Shown: positions 9,429 to 21,160, counted from the stretch's first letter. The stretch is DNA of 64,000 bases from Candidatus Bathyarchaeota archaeon (GCA_963806535.1 CAWDYC010000003.1:224001-288000), one strand, 5' to 3'. Notes: generated by a model not told the origin, from the sequence alone. Program-made: numbers and translations.

Positions 9429-10444
9429 CTTACTCTACTTGGCGATGCACCAAACCTTGGTCCATGCTCTTGCTTGATTTTCTGGTCAGCGCTGTCTCTA
9501 ACTTCGTGACCAGTTATGTGCAAGAACACGTCTTCAAGGCTGGGTTGCAGGTTCGCCATCGATGTGATCTTTCCACTTGTCTTTCTGATAGAATCAATAA
9601 TAGAGTCGAAAGCTTCTTCGCCGTGAACTATAACATGCAGGGTTGTGGAGTTTTCCTGAGTTACCGCATCCGCGCAGTTGAGCGCTTTCACGGTGGCTAC
9701 CATGCTGGGTGTTAGGTTTGCTACTTCAAGTTTGATTATCATGGTGTCTCCGCCTGAAATTATCTTTTTAAGGTTAGTCGAAGTATCGAGCGCTATGATT
9801 TTTCCATGGTCAACAATTGCAATGCGATCGCAGAGCAAGTCAGCGTCAAGCATCATGTGTGTAGTTATGATTACAGTGGTTCCGTTTTCTTGGTTGAGTT
9901 TTCTTACGAACTCTCTGATTTCCACTGATGATTGTGGGTCTAAACCTAGCGTGGGCTCATCAAGAAATAGTACTTGAGGCATGTTAAGCAAGGCTCGAAC
10001 CACGTTCATTCTTTGGCGCATACCAGTGGAGAATGTGCCAACTTGAGCGTTTTTGAATTTGGTTAGTTGTACTAGTTCTAATAAGTCGTCGATTCTTTTG
10101 TTAAGCGTGTCTTTTGGGATGTTGAAGAGGCTTCCGAAGAACCAGAGGTTTTCTTTTGCGGTTAAACGATTGTAAATGATCATTTTTTCTGAGACGATGC
10201 CAATTAGTTTGCGTACTTCTGTGTCGTTCTTTACTGTATCGAATCCGCCGATGAGGGCTGTTCCTTTGGTTGGTCTTGAGAGGGTGGAGAGCATGCGTAA
10301 GGTTGTGCTTTTGCCTGCTCCGTTTGGACCTAGTAAACCGAAAATTTCGCCTTTTTTAACATCGAATGAGATGTCATCTACTGCTGTAAACTTGCCAAAC
10401 ATTTTAGTAAGGTTCTGTACTTTGATTATGTTGTCAGTATCCAT
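9425..10444 (-). CDS. ABC exporter ATP-binding protein (DrrA-like)
   Basis: GPNGAGKST, FSTGMRQR, LDEPT, PSLEDVF; likely start MDTDN. Confidence 0.93.
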   Translation of the reverse strand: MDTDNIIKVQNLTKMFGKFTAVDDISFDVKKGEIFGLLGPNGAGKSTTLRMLSTLSRPTKGTALIGGFDTVKNDTEVRKLIGIVSEKMIIYNRLTAKENLWFFGSLFNIPKDTLNKRIDDLLELVQLTKFKNAQVGTFSTGMRQRMNVVRALLNMPQVLFLDEPTLGLDPQSSVEIREFVRKLNQENGTTVIITTHMMLDADLLCDRIAIVDHGKIIALDTSTNLKKIISGGDTMIIKLEVANLTPSMVATVKALNCADAVTQENSTTLHVIVHGEEAFDSIIDSIRKTSGKITSMANLQPSLEDVFLHITGHEVRDSADQKIKQEHGPRFGASPSRVR

Positions 10445-10534
10445 TTGTAGATCGACCACTTGAATATTATTCAGTGCAATATATAGCGGTAAAATATAAG
10501 TATTACCCAAATATACTATAGATTCGAAACACAA

Positions 10535-11098
10535 ATGGCATCAGAAAAGGAAGAAAAGACTACAGCAAACTGGATGAAGGAAGCCCAGAAAGGATACATA
10601 CGAATGGGAGTCCTCATTCTTCTCAACAAGAAGCCATCCCACGGCTACGAAATCATGAAAGAAATCAACAACCGAACAAAAGGCTTCTGGCAACCCACAC
10701 CAGGCGGCGTATACCCAATCCTAAGTAGCTTAGAAAAATCAGGCTACATTAAAGGACATTGGGAAACACAAAACAACCGCAGGCTCAAAGTTTACAAAAT
10801 TACTAAATCCGGAGAGCTTATTCTTAGGCGAGCCATTTTGAAGCAATCGGAAATTTTCAACAACATCGGTAGTTTGTTCCGTGAATTTTCCAGAGATGTT
10901 CTTAACATTGAGCCGACAGATGCATCTATGCCACTTATGCCTTCGCCTTTTACGCCCTTCCTTGAAGAACAACCAAATACCCTCCAAAATCTTGAACTTC
11001 AGCGAAAGCACACATATGAAACGTTCAAAATGATGCAGGAAAAACTTAAACAGATTGATGGGCGAATTAGAGAACTTAAGAAAGCCAGCAACCCCTGA
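10535..11098 (+). CDS. PadR family transcriptional regulator
   Basis: HGYEIMKE, GGVYPILSSLE, YKITKSG; divergent from the ABC operon. Confidence 0.9.
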   Translation: MASEKEEKTTANWMKEAQKGYIRMGVLILLNKKPSHGYEIMKEINNRTKGFWQPTPGGVYPILSSLEKSGYIKGHWETQNNRRLKVYKITKSGELILRRAILKQSEIFNNIGSLFREFSRDVLNIEPTDASMPLMPSPFTPFLEEQPNTLQNLELQRKHTYETFKMMQEKLKQIDGRIRELKKASNP

Positions 11099-11178
11099 TT
11101 CTCAAAAACCATAACCCACTCAATCAGTCTAAAGAATTAAATGCCTGACATATATTTCTAAATAAGAAGTGAAGTCTA

Positions 11179-11503
11179 ATGTTCCGCGTTAGAGTAAGCA
11201 AAATTGAATCAAATCGTGATTTAGATGGCAATCTTGGAAAAAGAATTGAACTTATTGAAGAACGAGAGACTTAACCCCAATGTTCTAAGACCTCAATCGG
11301 ATGAAGCTAAAATGGCACAGGACATTATGCAAGCGCTCCAGCAGCAAATGCCTTTTCTGCCGCAGAGAACACAGCTTGCTACGCCAAAAATAATTCTCTT
11401 CTTGACTGAACAGGAATACGATAGTTTTGGCATTACTTTTGATGTAAACCAGGTTTACGAAGTTATGCTGGAAAATCAGGCTATCCGTTTTAGGAAAGTT
11501 TGA
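11179..11503 (+). CDS. Arcadin-1-like protein, frameshifted near 11265
   Basis: Joined frames: MFRVRVSKIESNRDLDGNLGKRIELIEER/PNVLRPQSDEAKMAQDIMQ...PKIILFLTEQEYDSFGITFDVNQVYEV; resembles Thermoproteales arcadin-1 (recalled motif PRITLWLTEEE). Confidence 0.7.
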
Positions 11504-11828
11504 GAATTTCTTTTCTCATTTGCCGTAGCGCTGAATGCTTAGGATGGAAAGACAAAACAAACATCATGCTTCTCAACGCTGAACTTATCCCTTCCAAATC
11601 TGAAATTTTTCCTTCATCACAATAGAGCGGAATAGGGTCATCTCCGTCATTTTCTTCATAATAAACATAGATTGGCGAACCAGCCCTATCCAATTTTACT
11701 ACTTCAAAATCTAAATTTAATCGTTTAGCCGTTTCCTTAGCGGCGGTCCTAACGGAATCCAACCGTTTCCTAAACGGAACACCTGTTGACGTATAAACCA
11801 TCAATTTTCCACAATTCCCTTTGAACAT
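11490..11828 (-). CDS. Hypothetical protein
   Basis: 112-aa ORF with GGTGA SD-like site upstream. Confidence 0.7.
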   Translation of the reverse strand: MFKGNCGKLMVYTSTGVPFRKRLDSVRTAAKETAKRLNLDFEVVKLDRAGSPIYVYYEENDGDDPIPLYCDEGKISDLEGISSALRSMMFVLSFHPKHSALRQMRKEILKLS

Positions 11829-12011
11829 GGCATATCACCAAACAACCATTGTTTAAAATCCCTTTTAATACAAATCATGAAACGACATCTTGAAGCAGTG
11901 GAGAGGTGACTGAAAGTGAAGGTTAGCACTAGCGGTTGTTGTTGTGTACGGGCAACCACAACGGCTTAAATTCAAAACAAAAGTCCTTTTTCTTTATGTG
12001 AGGTGAAAAAA

Positions 12012-12439
12012 ATGGTTATTGGCGAGAAACTATGGGAAGGCAAAGGCAAAAGTGGAGCAGGATTCATAAAATCAGTTGGATATGGAAGGCGTTACTCAAG
12101 TCTATACATGGACAGCTCAAATGAAAGGTGTCGGAAAAGCTAAAGGCGTAGATTGCAACCTAAACGTGACAGGAATGAGCATGACTCCTCCTAAAGGCAT
12201 TGCTTGGTCAAAAGACCAAGGAATGCTCATGACTATGACTGGTGATATGGGCATAGTGAAAGGAGTTAGCTTGATGAAGATGACGATGGGCAAAGAACCC
12301 AACAAGCGTAGGCTTATGGACGTTCATGACAATGTCAGAAAAACTTGGTTGGCTCAACGACACAATTGCAGTTGTCACTTTTGAAGCGACCGACCCAATG
12401 TGGACAGAACTTAACATAGCAATCTGGGAATGGAAGTAA
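12012..12439 (+). CDS. Hypothetical beta-rich protein, two frameshifts
   Basis: GAGGTGA SD; MVIGEKLWEGKGK...VYTWTAQMKGVGKAKG...KLGWLNDTIAV...IWEWK across frames. Confidence 0.6.
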
Positions 12440-12456
12440 ACTTTAGAGCTGGTTTT

Positions 12457-12918
12457 ATGCAAGAACAAGAACATCATTGGCAAGCGCCTGAATGGTGGTA
12501 CAAAAAACGCCCATCAACTGACGAAGCTTACTTTGAAAACATGTGCCGAGTAATTTTTCAAGCAGGCTTAAACTGGCATGTAATCGACAACAAATGGCCA
12601 TCAATCAAAAAGGCTTTTTCAAATTTTGATATCGGAAAAGTAGCATGCTTCACTGATTTCGACGTTGAAAGACTCATGAAAGACTCTGGAATCGTCAGGA
12701 ATAAGGGCAAAATTAAAGCCATTATCCAAAACGCTCAGAACTTCAAAGCTATAGAAAAACAGTATGGTTCATTCCAAAAATACCTCGATAGCCTCGATAA
12801 ATCAAACAACTATGAAAACGCAACTAAAGATTTAGTCAACAAGTTCAAGTGGCTAGGTCCGCCATCAGCAAGCCTTTTCTTGTACACTGTTGGAGAAAAA
12901 ATCAGTGTCTGGGACTAA
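12457..12918 (+). CDS. tag: DNA-3-methyladenine glycosylase I family protein
   Basis: FQAGLNW, GIVRNKGKIKAIIQNA, FKWLGP. Confidence 0.85.
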   Translation: MQEQEHHWQAPEWWYKKRPSTDEAYFENMCRVIFQAGLNWHVIDNKWPSIKKAFSNFDIGKVACFTDFDVERLMKDSGIVRNKGKIKAIIQNAQNFKAIEKQYGSFQKYLDSLDKSNNYENATKDLVNKFKWLGPPSASLFLYTVGEKISVWD

Positions 12919-12989
12919 CAAAATTTTTTCCTTTTTTTATTAAAACTATCTTTTTAAATTTGAACCCATTAATTTTAACTTGAAAATAA

Positions 12990-13265
12990 ATGGCTAAAGC
13001 TCGAGTTCACATATTTGTAAGTGGCAGAGTTCAAGGTGTTTTCTTTAGGCAAAAAACTAAACAGCAAGCTGAAAGATTGAGTGTGACGGGATGGGTTCGC
13101 AATTTACCTGATGGCAGGGTTGAAGCAGTCTTTGAAGGCGACGAAAAAGCCGTTAAAACACTCGAAGAGTGGTGTCATCATGGCCCTTCTTCTGCCATAG
13201 TAACAAATGTTGATCCTAAATGGGAACCTTATCGGGGAGAATTTATCGGCTTTGAGGCTTACTAG
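12990..13265 (+). CDS. acyP: Acylphosphatase
   Basis: SGRVQGVFFR, GWVRNLPDGRVE. Confidence 0.95.
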   Translation: MAKARVHIFVSGRVQGVFFRQKTKQQAERLSVTGWVRNLPDGRVEAVFEGDEKAVKTLEEWCHHGPSSAIVTNVDPKWEPYRGEFIGFEAY

Positions 13266-13660
13266 GCTTTTTTCTTTGGCACTCTAAAATGAGAATCTTT
13301 TCCAGCGCTAATGTATTCTCCGCCCATACCTCGCACGGCTGAGGCAATTTTTGCAAAGTTTTCTGATCCCAAAAACTGCTTCGGCTTGATTATTATGTAG
13401 TCGCCTTTCTCTTCAAAGCCTAACCGGGTTTCCAACTCTTCGGGAAAAGACATGCGAATATCATCTAGCGACCTCAGTTTTGAACCAGCCTCGGTAGGTG
13501 CTGGTGCTTGAGCAGGTGGCGGCTGAGTAATTTGACCTACTGCAAGGGATTTGAGTGATGCTGAAACGGACCGGAGTTCTTCCGAGGTTTTGCTTAAATC
13601 CGCAACAAGCTTGTCTACCTTTGTCATTAATTCATTGAGTTTTTGTTTGTCAGTGCTCAT
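13262..13660 (-). CDS. Hypothetical protein (N-terminal coiled coil, small C-terminal domain)
   Basis: 132-aa ORF with GGAG SD upstream. Confidence 0.7.
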   Translation of the reverse strand: MSTDKQKLNELMTKVDKLVADLSKTSEELRSVSASLKSLAVGQITQPPPAQAPAPTEAGSKLRSLDDIRMSFPEELETRLGFEEKGDYIIIKPKQFLGSENFAKIASAVRGMGGEYISAGKDSHFRVPKKKA

Positions 13661-13740
13661 CCAAACGCTCCCTCAAACTCCTAAATAAACCAAGACGCTT
13701 ATTAATTATTTGCATAGCTAAATGTGGAAGAAAAAAGGGC

Positions 13741-14779
13741 ATGATTGAAATTGACGGGAGCGAAAAAAGCGGAAGTGGCACAATTCTTCGCCTCTCCGTT
13801 GCCTTAGCTAGCCATCACAAAACAGCCGCTGCATATTTGTAATATCAGACAGAATCGACCGCAGCCGGGCCTAAAGCATCAGCATTTGGAAGCCGTGTTG
13901 ACTGCGGCTAAACTGTCCAAAGCTAAAGTTCAAGGAGCAACGTTAGGGTCAAGAGAGCTTTGGTTTGAACCCCGGCACATCAGTGGCGGCAATATTGAAG
14001 CTCTCATTGAAACCGCGGGAAGCATCCCAATGCTGCTATTGGCAACTTTGCCTATTTGCTTATTCGCCGATAATCCAGTTCGTTTACATGTAGCTAAAGG
14101 TGGAACAGACACGACTCATGCACCAACAATAAACTATATGCGGTATGTATTTTTGCCGGCTCTCAGGCAGATGGGAGTCGATGCTGAGATAACTGTTCAA
14201 AAATACGGTTATTACCCAAAAGGCATGGGCGAAGCAACAATGACTGTCAAACCTAACCGAAACTTAAGACCTATTCAGCTGTCGGATTTTGGTAAAGTCA
14301 AACGCATAAGTGGTGTTTCAGTCTGCACTTTCTTAGCTGACAAGCAGGTGGCAGAGAGGCAAGCAATAGCAGCACGGGAGTGCCTTTCTCAAAGCGGCTA
14401 TAACATTATTGTCGAGGTCATAAACGACCAGTCAAACACTTTCCAAAAAGGAAGCTCAATTGTTTTGTACGCTGAAACAGACACAGGTGTAATCATAGGT
14501 GCGGATGCAATAGGTGAACTTCGCAAAATGAGTGAAGCCGTCGGAAAAGAAGCCGCTCAAAAACTCTTAGCCGAATTATCCGTTAAACCCTCAGTTGACG
14601 TTTACTTGGCAGATATGCTTATTCCTTATATGGCTCTTGCACAGGGCAAATCAACATTTTTGGTTAGAACGATTTCTGAGCATATTGAATCTAACATTTG
14701 GCTTATGGAAAAAATGTTAAACATTAAATTTACCATTGAAAAAGTAAACAACATCTATAAAATAACGAGAAACAGCTGA
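13741..14779 (+). CDS. rtcA: RNA 3'-terminal phosphate cyclase, frameshift near 13812
   Basis: MIEIDGSEKSGSGTILR, RPQPGLKHQHL, GYYPKGMG, DMLIPYMALA. Confidence 0.9.
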
Positions 14780-14783
14780 TTAC

Positions 14784-15862
14784 ATGTCTAAAACAAGCAT
14801 ATGTATAAAAACACCAAAGAAACAGGGACAGAAAATCATTTCCTTAGCTAAGCAAACTTGAGCTTGTAGATAAATCATTGGAAATTGAGCGAGAGCAAGA
14901 CAATCTCTGCATTCCCATAGTTAGGGAACCGCAAGAAGACGAGCTATCAACTCTCAAAGGAGAAGTGCCGGAAATTCAGTTGTCAACAGCTGTTTTCATT
15001 GAAAAAGAGCTACCAAAAGAAAATCTCAAGCAAGTTCTCGAAAACAAACTGCCGCCAAATTTGCTTGCAATGTTACCTCAAGCATTAGACGTAATTGGGG
15101 ACATAGCCATAATTGATATCCCAACAGAACTAAAACCACATGAAAACATTCATCGGCGAAGCAATTCTGCAAACGCACAGAAACATCAAAACAGTGCTCG
15201 CCAAAGCAGGCGCAATAAGCGGAACCTACAGAGTCCGCGAATACGATTTTATTGCTGGAGAACAAAAAACCCAAACAATCCACAAGGAATTCGGCTGCCA
15301 ATACCATGTTGACTTGGCTAAAGCCTATTTTTCGCCAAGACTCTCTCATGAACATGAACGAGTGGCTTCTCTTGTTCAGACAAAGCGAAACTGTTGTAGA
15401 TTTATTTGCTGGAGTTGGACCATTTTCAATACTTATTGCTAAAAAAGAATCCAACTGCGAAAGTTTATGCTGTTGATCTTAATCCTGAAGCTGTTGAATT
15501 GCTCAAGGTTAACGTAAGAGTTAACAGAGTTGAAAACCGAGTCTTCACCGATTTTGGGAGATGCAAGACAAATTACTTCATCGAAATTGCAATGGAGTGG
15601 CTGATCGAGTCATAATGAATCTGCCTGAAACAGCCATCGAGTTTGTTGATGCCGCTTGCCAAGCAATTAAACCAGAAGGTGGAATAATTCATTTTTACGC
15701 TTTCGTTCGTTCGCCTGATTCAATTGAAAACCTGAAACTCCGTTTCAGCCAAGCCGTAGAGTCAGCGAGCAGGAAGAGTTGAAGCGTTTTCTTTATGCAA
15801 AAAGCATTCGCGAAACTGCGCCATTCGAGTCGCAGATTGCTTTAGACGCCAAAATTGTTTAA
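14784..15862 (+). CDS. trm5: Trm5/Met-10+ family tRNA methyltransferase, several frameshifts
   Basis: DVIGDIAII, YFSPRLSHEHER, VDLFAGVGPF, DLNPEA, ADRVIMNLP across fragments. Confidence 0.85.
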
Positions 15863-16295
15863 CTTTGAACGATCAAGGTGATGCTGATTTTTTGTTTTGG
15901 ATTTTTTAGTTTCTCGATTAACTCTCGTGATAAATCGTTTGATGATTTATCTGCGTCGATTGCCAATGTTCGGTCAGATATGTAGTTGCTTTTTCTAATT
16001 ACTATATCCGAGTTGGATGAGTTAAAATCAGCTTAGGCGAGCCTGAGGCGTTAATTTTTTCAATTAAGTCTCCAGCCTCGATAATTATGCGTTAGTTTAG
16101 CGTTTGGCTTTCTGAGAGTGTCTTTGAATGTTTGAGTTAAATCCGCTAATGCCTTATCTGCCGCTACCGCAACTATGCAATCGCCAGTGTTTGACAAGAT
16201 GCTTTTCTTTCGTAAACATTAAGGTTGTTGGGTGAATGGCTTGAATATTTTCATGCCCAAACGCCACGATGATTTCTTCTGCTTGTCTGACTCAA
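15859..16295 (-). CDS. DUF371 family protein, frameshifted
   Basis: FGHENIQAIHPTTLMFTKE, GDCIVAVAADK, RKSNYISDRTLAIDADKS. Confidence 0.75.
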
Positions 16296-17258
16296 TTACT
16301 CGTTAACCTCAATGGAATCCACTTTGCCATCCCCATCCAAATCAAATCCCTGAATAACAACTGCGAAAGTGTCATCTTCTTTGTATTTTTGAAGGGTTTT
16401 CTTCCAAAAATTAGTCAAAGCTAAAACACAAGCTTTTGTTCCCACGGCTTTGTTTCCAGCCAAAACCACGATACGCTTTGTTTTGTCCCATGGATTAACA
16501 ATTTTAGCAACTAACCCTGAAACATCAGAAGTGTAAACTTGCATAGTCTTTTTTGAGGATAAACCACCTAGCAAAAATCCTTGATCAGAAGATTGCATAA
16601 TGAATTTGATGGGCAAATACTCGTTTATTTCCTGCGTAAGAAGATTTGTGCCTGGTCCGCCGACAAGAATTAAATTGTTTTTTTCTTCTTTCTCAACTTT
16701 CACATCAACGTCAAGTTTCACGGCAAATTCGATTGGCATTTTAGCTAACTGCCCCAAAAAAAGTGCCAAATGTGCTGCATAGTGGCCGTCTCTGGCACTG
16801 GTTTTAAATGGACCATGCGGTTGAGGGCTGCCTACGACTATTTTTCCGTCAAAAACGCCATCTTTGATGAATTCTTTGAAGAAAGCTTGAAGTTGACTGT
16901 CTATGCTTAGTGTGCAGAGGTTTTGGATTGGTTTGTAGCCTGATGGGAATTCGATTCCGAAGGCTGGAGAGACTGTTTTGTAGTATTTTGCTGTTGCGCC
17001 TTTTTTCTTTTCTTCGCGAACAACTGTTATTGCTCCTGATTTGGCGAGTTTTCTTATGTGGTAGTAGATTTTTTGCTCATGCATGCCTAGTTGTCTTGCA
17101 ATTTCTAGTGGGTACATTTCTTTTTTGGATAGTAATGTAATGATTCTCCAGCTTAGGCCACCTAATATCATTTTTAGTTTTTGTGAATCATCCATTATGC
17201 TGATTTCTTTTACTTCTTGGATGTTGCCGTTGTCTTGGAGAAGCAGTTTTTTGTCCAT
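16296..17258 (-). CDS. ArsR-like wHTH protein fused to an S-layer-C-like domain
   Basis: MYPLEIARQLGMHEQKIYYHIRKL HTH; KIVVG...D and NLILVGGPGTN motifs. Confidence 0.75.
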   Translation of the reverse strand: MDKKLLLQDNGNIQEVKEISIMDDSQKLKMILGGLSWRIITLLSKKEMYPLEIARQLGMHEQKIYYHIRKLAKSGAITVVREEKKKGATAKYYKTVSPAFGIEFPSGYKPIQNLCTLSIDSQLQAFFKEFIKDGVFDGKIVVGSPQPHGPFKTSARDGHYAAHLALFLGQLAKMPIEFAVKLDVDVKVEKEEKNNLILVGGPGTNLLTQEINEYLPIKFIMQSSDQGFLLGGLSSKKTMQVYTSDVSGLVAKIVNPWDKTKRIVVLAGNKAVGTKACVLALTNFWKKTLQKYKEDDTFAVVIQGFDLDGDGKVDSIEVNE

Positions 17259-17477
17259 GACTATCGGATGAAACAATACTTGAATGTACTATAAAAAATT
17301 TATTTATAATGGTTCAAAACTTTTGAGGAAACCCAGCTAAAAATTTTGCATTTCCATATAAAGAATCGATAAACTGCTATAAGAAAATTTTTAGTAGTCA
17401 AAGGTTTATCCTAAAAATCCTTATTAGCAAATCGCTGGTTCCATAGGCTAAACAAAATAGAAAAGCGAGACTTCAAA

Positions 17478-19308
17478 ATGTGCGGAATATTCGGTTGTGT
17501 TTTGAAAGAAGGAAATGCTGCACCGTTAATACATTCATCACTGAAACGGCTTGAATACCGTGGCTATGATTCAGTGGGCATAGCAACAATCTCTGACGGA
17601 AAAATTTATCTAAAGAAAGATTCGGGAAAAATTGATGAGGTCCATAAAATTGTAAACCTCGACGACATGCCAGGCAGCATTGGTATTGGTCATACCCGTT
17701 GGGCAACTCATGGTGCACCTTTGAAAGTGAACTCTCACCCCCACTCCGACTGCTCAGGAGAAATAGTCGTTGTCCATAACGGAATCATCGAAAACTTCAT
17801 GGAACTCAAAAGTGAACTACAAAATCTTGATCACACATTTGTTTCCAAAACAGACACCGAAGTAATCCCACATCTTATCGAGCAAATACTCAAAGAGAAT
17901 CCCAAGTTCTCATTAGTCGAAGCAGTTGAAGCAGCCCTCAAACGTCTAGAAGGTTCATACGCCCTTGCTATAATCTCTACAAGAGAGCCAGACAAAATTA
18001 TCTGCGCAAGAAACGAGAGCCCACTGGTTTTAGGCATCAACGGTAAAGGCGTTTTTTGCGCGTCAGATATTCCAGCATTCTTGCCAGTTACAAACAAAGC
18101 TGTCATGATGAATAATGGTGAACTGGTTATTCTGACAGCCCAAGGCTATGATATTAGAAAAATACAAGATTTCAGCCACGTCGACACGAGAACCAATAAC
18201 TATTGAGTGGACAGCTGAAATGGCAGTTAAACAAGGGTATCCACACTTCATGATTAAAGAGATCCACGAGCAGCCTGAAACCCTTCGCAACACTCTTCGA
18301 ATGCAGGAACATTACTTGGAATTAATGTCAACATTTTTAGATCGAGCAAACGAGGTTTTTCTTGTCGCTTGTGGAACAAGCTACCATGCATGTTTAGCAG
18401 CTTCATACATGTTTTCCAAACTTGCATTTCTACCAACATACCCAGTTTATGCTTCCGAATTCATAGAACAACATGGCAAATCAGTAAGCATTGACAGCAC
18501 CATTTTAGCAGTTAGTCAATCAGGAGAAACAGCAGACACCATTGCAGCCGTTACCTGCGCCCAACAACGTGCAGCCACAATCTTAAGCTTAACTAACGTT
18601 ATTGGCTCCAGCTTGACCCGGATTTCCCGTGTCTATATTGGCACACAGGCTGGTCCAGAGATTGGAGTTGCAGCTACGAAAACTTTTACATCTCAGCTTT
18701 CCGTATTGGCGCAACTTGCTCTTCGATTGGCAAAGAAAAGAGGCAAAGTTTCGCAGGATGAAATAGACAGCTTGGAAGCAAATTTGGAAAAATTACCTGA
18801 AATAGCTGATACCATAGTTAAGACACAAGAAGAAAAAGTTAAGAAAATTGCCAAGAAATACAGGAATTCGAAGGTGTTCTTTTTCTTAGGCAGAGGAATC
18901 AGCACTGCCACTGCTTATGAAGGCAGACTCAAACTGATGGAAATTGCTTACATTCCATCGATAGCGTTCCCAGCTGGCGAAAGCAAACATGGACCAATCA
19001 GCCTTATTGAAAACGGTTTTCCAGTCGTTTTCGTCTGTCCAAAAGATGATTGTCACAAGACACTGGTTGGCAACATTATGGAAATGAAAGCCAGAGGCGC
19101 CAACATAATCGCTATCGTTGAAGAAGGAGATGAAGATATCAAATCGTTGGCTGATGAGTACGTTGAGGTCCCCAAAGGAATTCCGGGTGTGCTTTCACCA
19201 ATTCCTTTTGCAGTACCTCTGCAGCTTTTGGCATATTATGTTGCGCTAGAGAAAGGATACAATCCAGATATGCCAAGGAACTTGGCAAAGTGTGTTACTG
19301 TAAAGTGA
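17478..19308 (+). CDS. glmS: Glutamine--fructose-6-phosphate aminotransferase, split by an indel near 18180
   Basis: MCGI, LEYRGYDS, GHTRWATHG, SQSGETAD, PRNLAKCVTV. Confidence 0.95.
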
Positions 19309-19391
19309 CAATACTCAAAATATTGTTATCTTAATGGAAGGGATAGAAGAACCACATCTAAAAGAGCTATAGTAATTCAATCTTTGACGAG

Positions 19392-19625
19392 TCACTCTTT
19401 CTCTTCTTTGATTTGTCTTATTTCGATCTTACCATTATTATTGTAAACTACAAAGCATGGTTCACTAAATCCCAAATATTTCTTTGTCTTAACAATTATT
19501 GCTTCACCACAGTTAATTGTATTTGGGACAAATTCTAAAATTTCCCTACTTTTTTCCTACTTAATAGGAATTGGAATTTCAACAACAGGTAAAAGCAACT
19601 TTTCATTTTCTTTCTTTTTAGTCAT
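19392..19625 (-). pseudogene. Small hypothetical gene with internal stop
   Basis: MTKKKENEKLLLPVVEIPIPIK*EKSREILEFVPNTINCGEAIIVKTKKYLGFSEPCFVVYNNNGKIEIRQIKEEKE*. Confidence 0.4.
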
Positions 19626-19982
19626 GCTTTTACTTCTTTTCTTCGACTGCGATTACTCCGAAAATTTTAATCGTTTTTCCTTCTTTGCATACTGCAACTT
19701 TTTCTGTCCAGCACTGCCAGCATTGGTGGTTTCACCAACTATGCAAGAACCTAAAGTCATGTTGTTTAGTATATCTATGTCCAGCTTACGGTGCAACAAT
19801 TATGTGTGCAGGTTTATTTCATTCTTTTTTTACATAAAAAACATTACTCGGTGCCTCATCTTCTGGCATAATTATCAACAGAGTCTATTTGCTTCTTTCA
19901 GTGATAAATAATTTTCCACCTTAGCAATCGTTGTTTTTTGTTATTCTTACGTGATGTAGACGATGAGCCATCTTTAGCGTTC

Positions 19983-20466
19983 TCAGTACTTTAACCAACT
20001 CTCTTTCAATAATGTGTCAATCGCTGTCTTAGTTTCTTCCATTCTTGTTTTACGCGCTTTAGATAAAATATTCCAATTATTAGCAGCATCATTACTTCCA
20101 GTTTGGTTGTAACCCTCTTTTGCGTCTCTAACTCTTATTGCTTCATAATCAGTTCCTTTGACTTTGTGATAGACAATAGTTAGCTTATATAATTGTTCAG
20201 AATTCAAGAGTTTAAGTTGTCCACTCACAACAGCTGAATCCCAAATATCAGGATAAAGCCTGTAAACATCTCCAGCTAGTACTCTTTTTTAATTCATTTA
20301 ATTCACATGATAAATTCTTTAATAATTCTTTTTTTGCTTTTTTTTCTTTTCTCCAATCAATTGCTCTGTCAAGCATGAAAGCTAAAAAAACTCCTGAAAA
20401 TGTTACTATCAGCTCAAGGGCTAAAGTTACTTGATTGATACTTTCAGACATATTATTAGATTTCAC
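19983..20466 (-). CDS. Hypothetical protein with N-terminal TM, frameshifted
   Basis: Adjacent ORFs 20248-20466 and 19983-20228 join into a TM plus helical protein. Confidence 0.55.
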
Positions 20467-20593
20467 TTTAGCTCAATATTTTGATGCTATTTAGTTTTAA
20501 GTATTTTCACTAGTCAAAATAAGTTAAGAAAAAACAATTCGATGAGAAACGGTGAAAAGCCGCTTCTCTGGACTTACCAAAAATTCGTTAGAG

Positions 20594-21160
20594 CTACAAA
20601 CTAGGGATTATTATGGAATAGCCCCAAATTACAATCATTGTTAAGTATGCAATAGCAAAGACGATTCCATGCTCAAGAAAAGAACTAATTAGCAGTGCTT
20701 TAGTTGGTCGTCTCATTTGGAAAATATCATCTTTTCGGTATTGCCATACTGCGAAAAAAGTTAAAACGTATGCTGGAATAGCTCCAATATAGCCAAGTGC
20801 ATTTGGCACGGTTTTGTAGCTAATTGCAAAATAAAAAATAAATTCAAAAATGAAAAGACCGCCAAAAAGACACCAACAAAATTCTTTCAAATATCTTCTT
20901 TTGAGTGAGTATAACTTCAGCTCTATTAATCTTCGAGATGTAATGGTTATTTTTGGAACTATTAAGATAATAATCCAACTGACTACCAAGATAAATATAG
21001 GTACAGTGGTCGAACGGAATATCATGTTAACTATTATTTTATTGGAATCAATTTGTTGTGCGATTTGCTGCGCAGTAAGAGTTCCACTAGGGGAAGTGCA
21101 AAAAAATAGGCTGCATACGAGAGTTCTGAAGCCCCTACAACAGTAACCAGCAACAAACAT
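20594..21160 (-). CDS. Hypothetical multi-pass membrane protein
   Basis: Several hydrophobic segments; true start may be ATG at 21195 with an indel. Confidence 0.6.
   Translation of the reverse strand: MFVAGYCCRGFRTLVCSLFFCTSPSGTLTAQQIAQQIDSNKIIVNMIFRSTTVPIFILVVSWIIILIVPKITITSRRLIELKLYSLKRRYLKEFCWCLFGGLFIFEFIFYFAISYKTVPNALGYIGAIPAYVLTFFAVWQYRKDDIFQMRRPTKALLISSFLEHGIVFAIAYLTMIVIWGYSIIIPSL

Noticed and set aside
19280-19400. Tn7-like insertion at the glmS 3' end
   Set aside because: No tns-like genes, terminal repeats or target duplication were visible.
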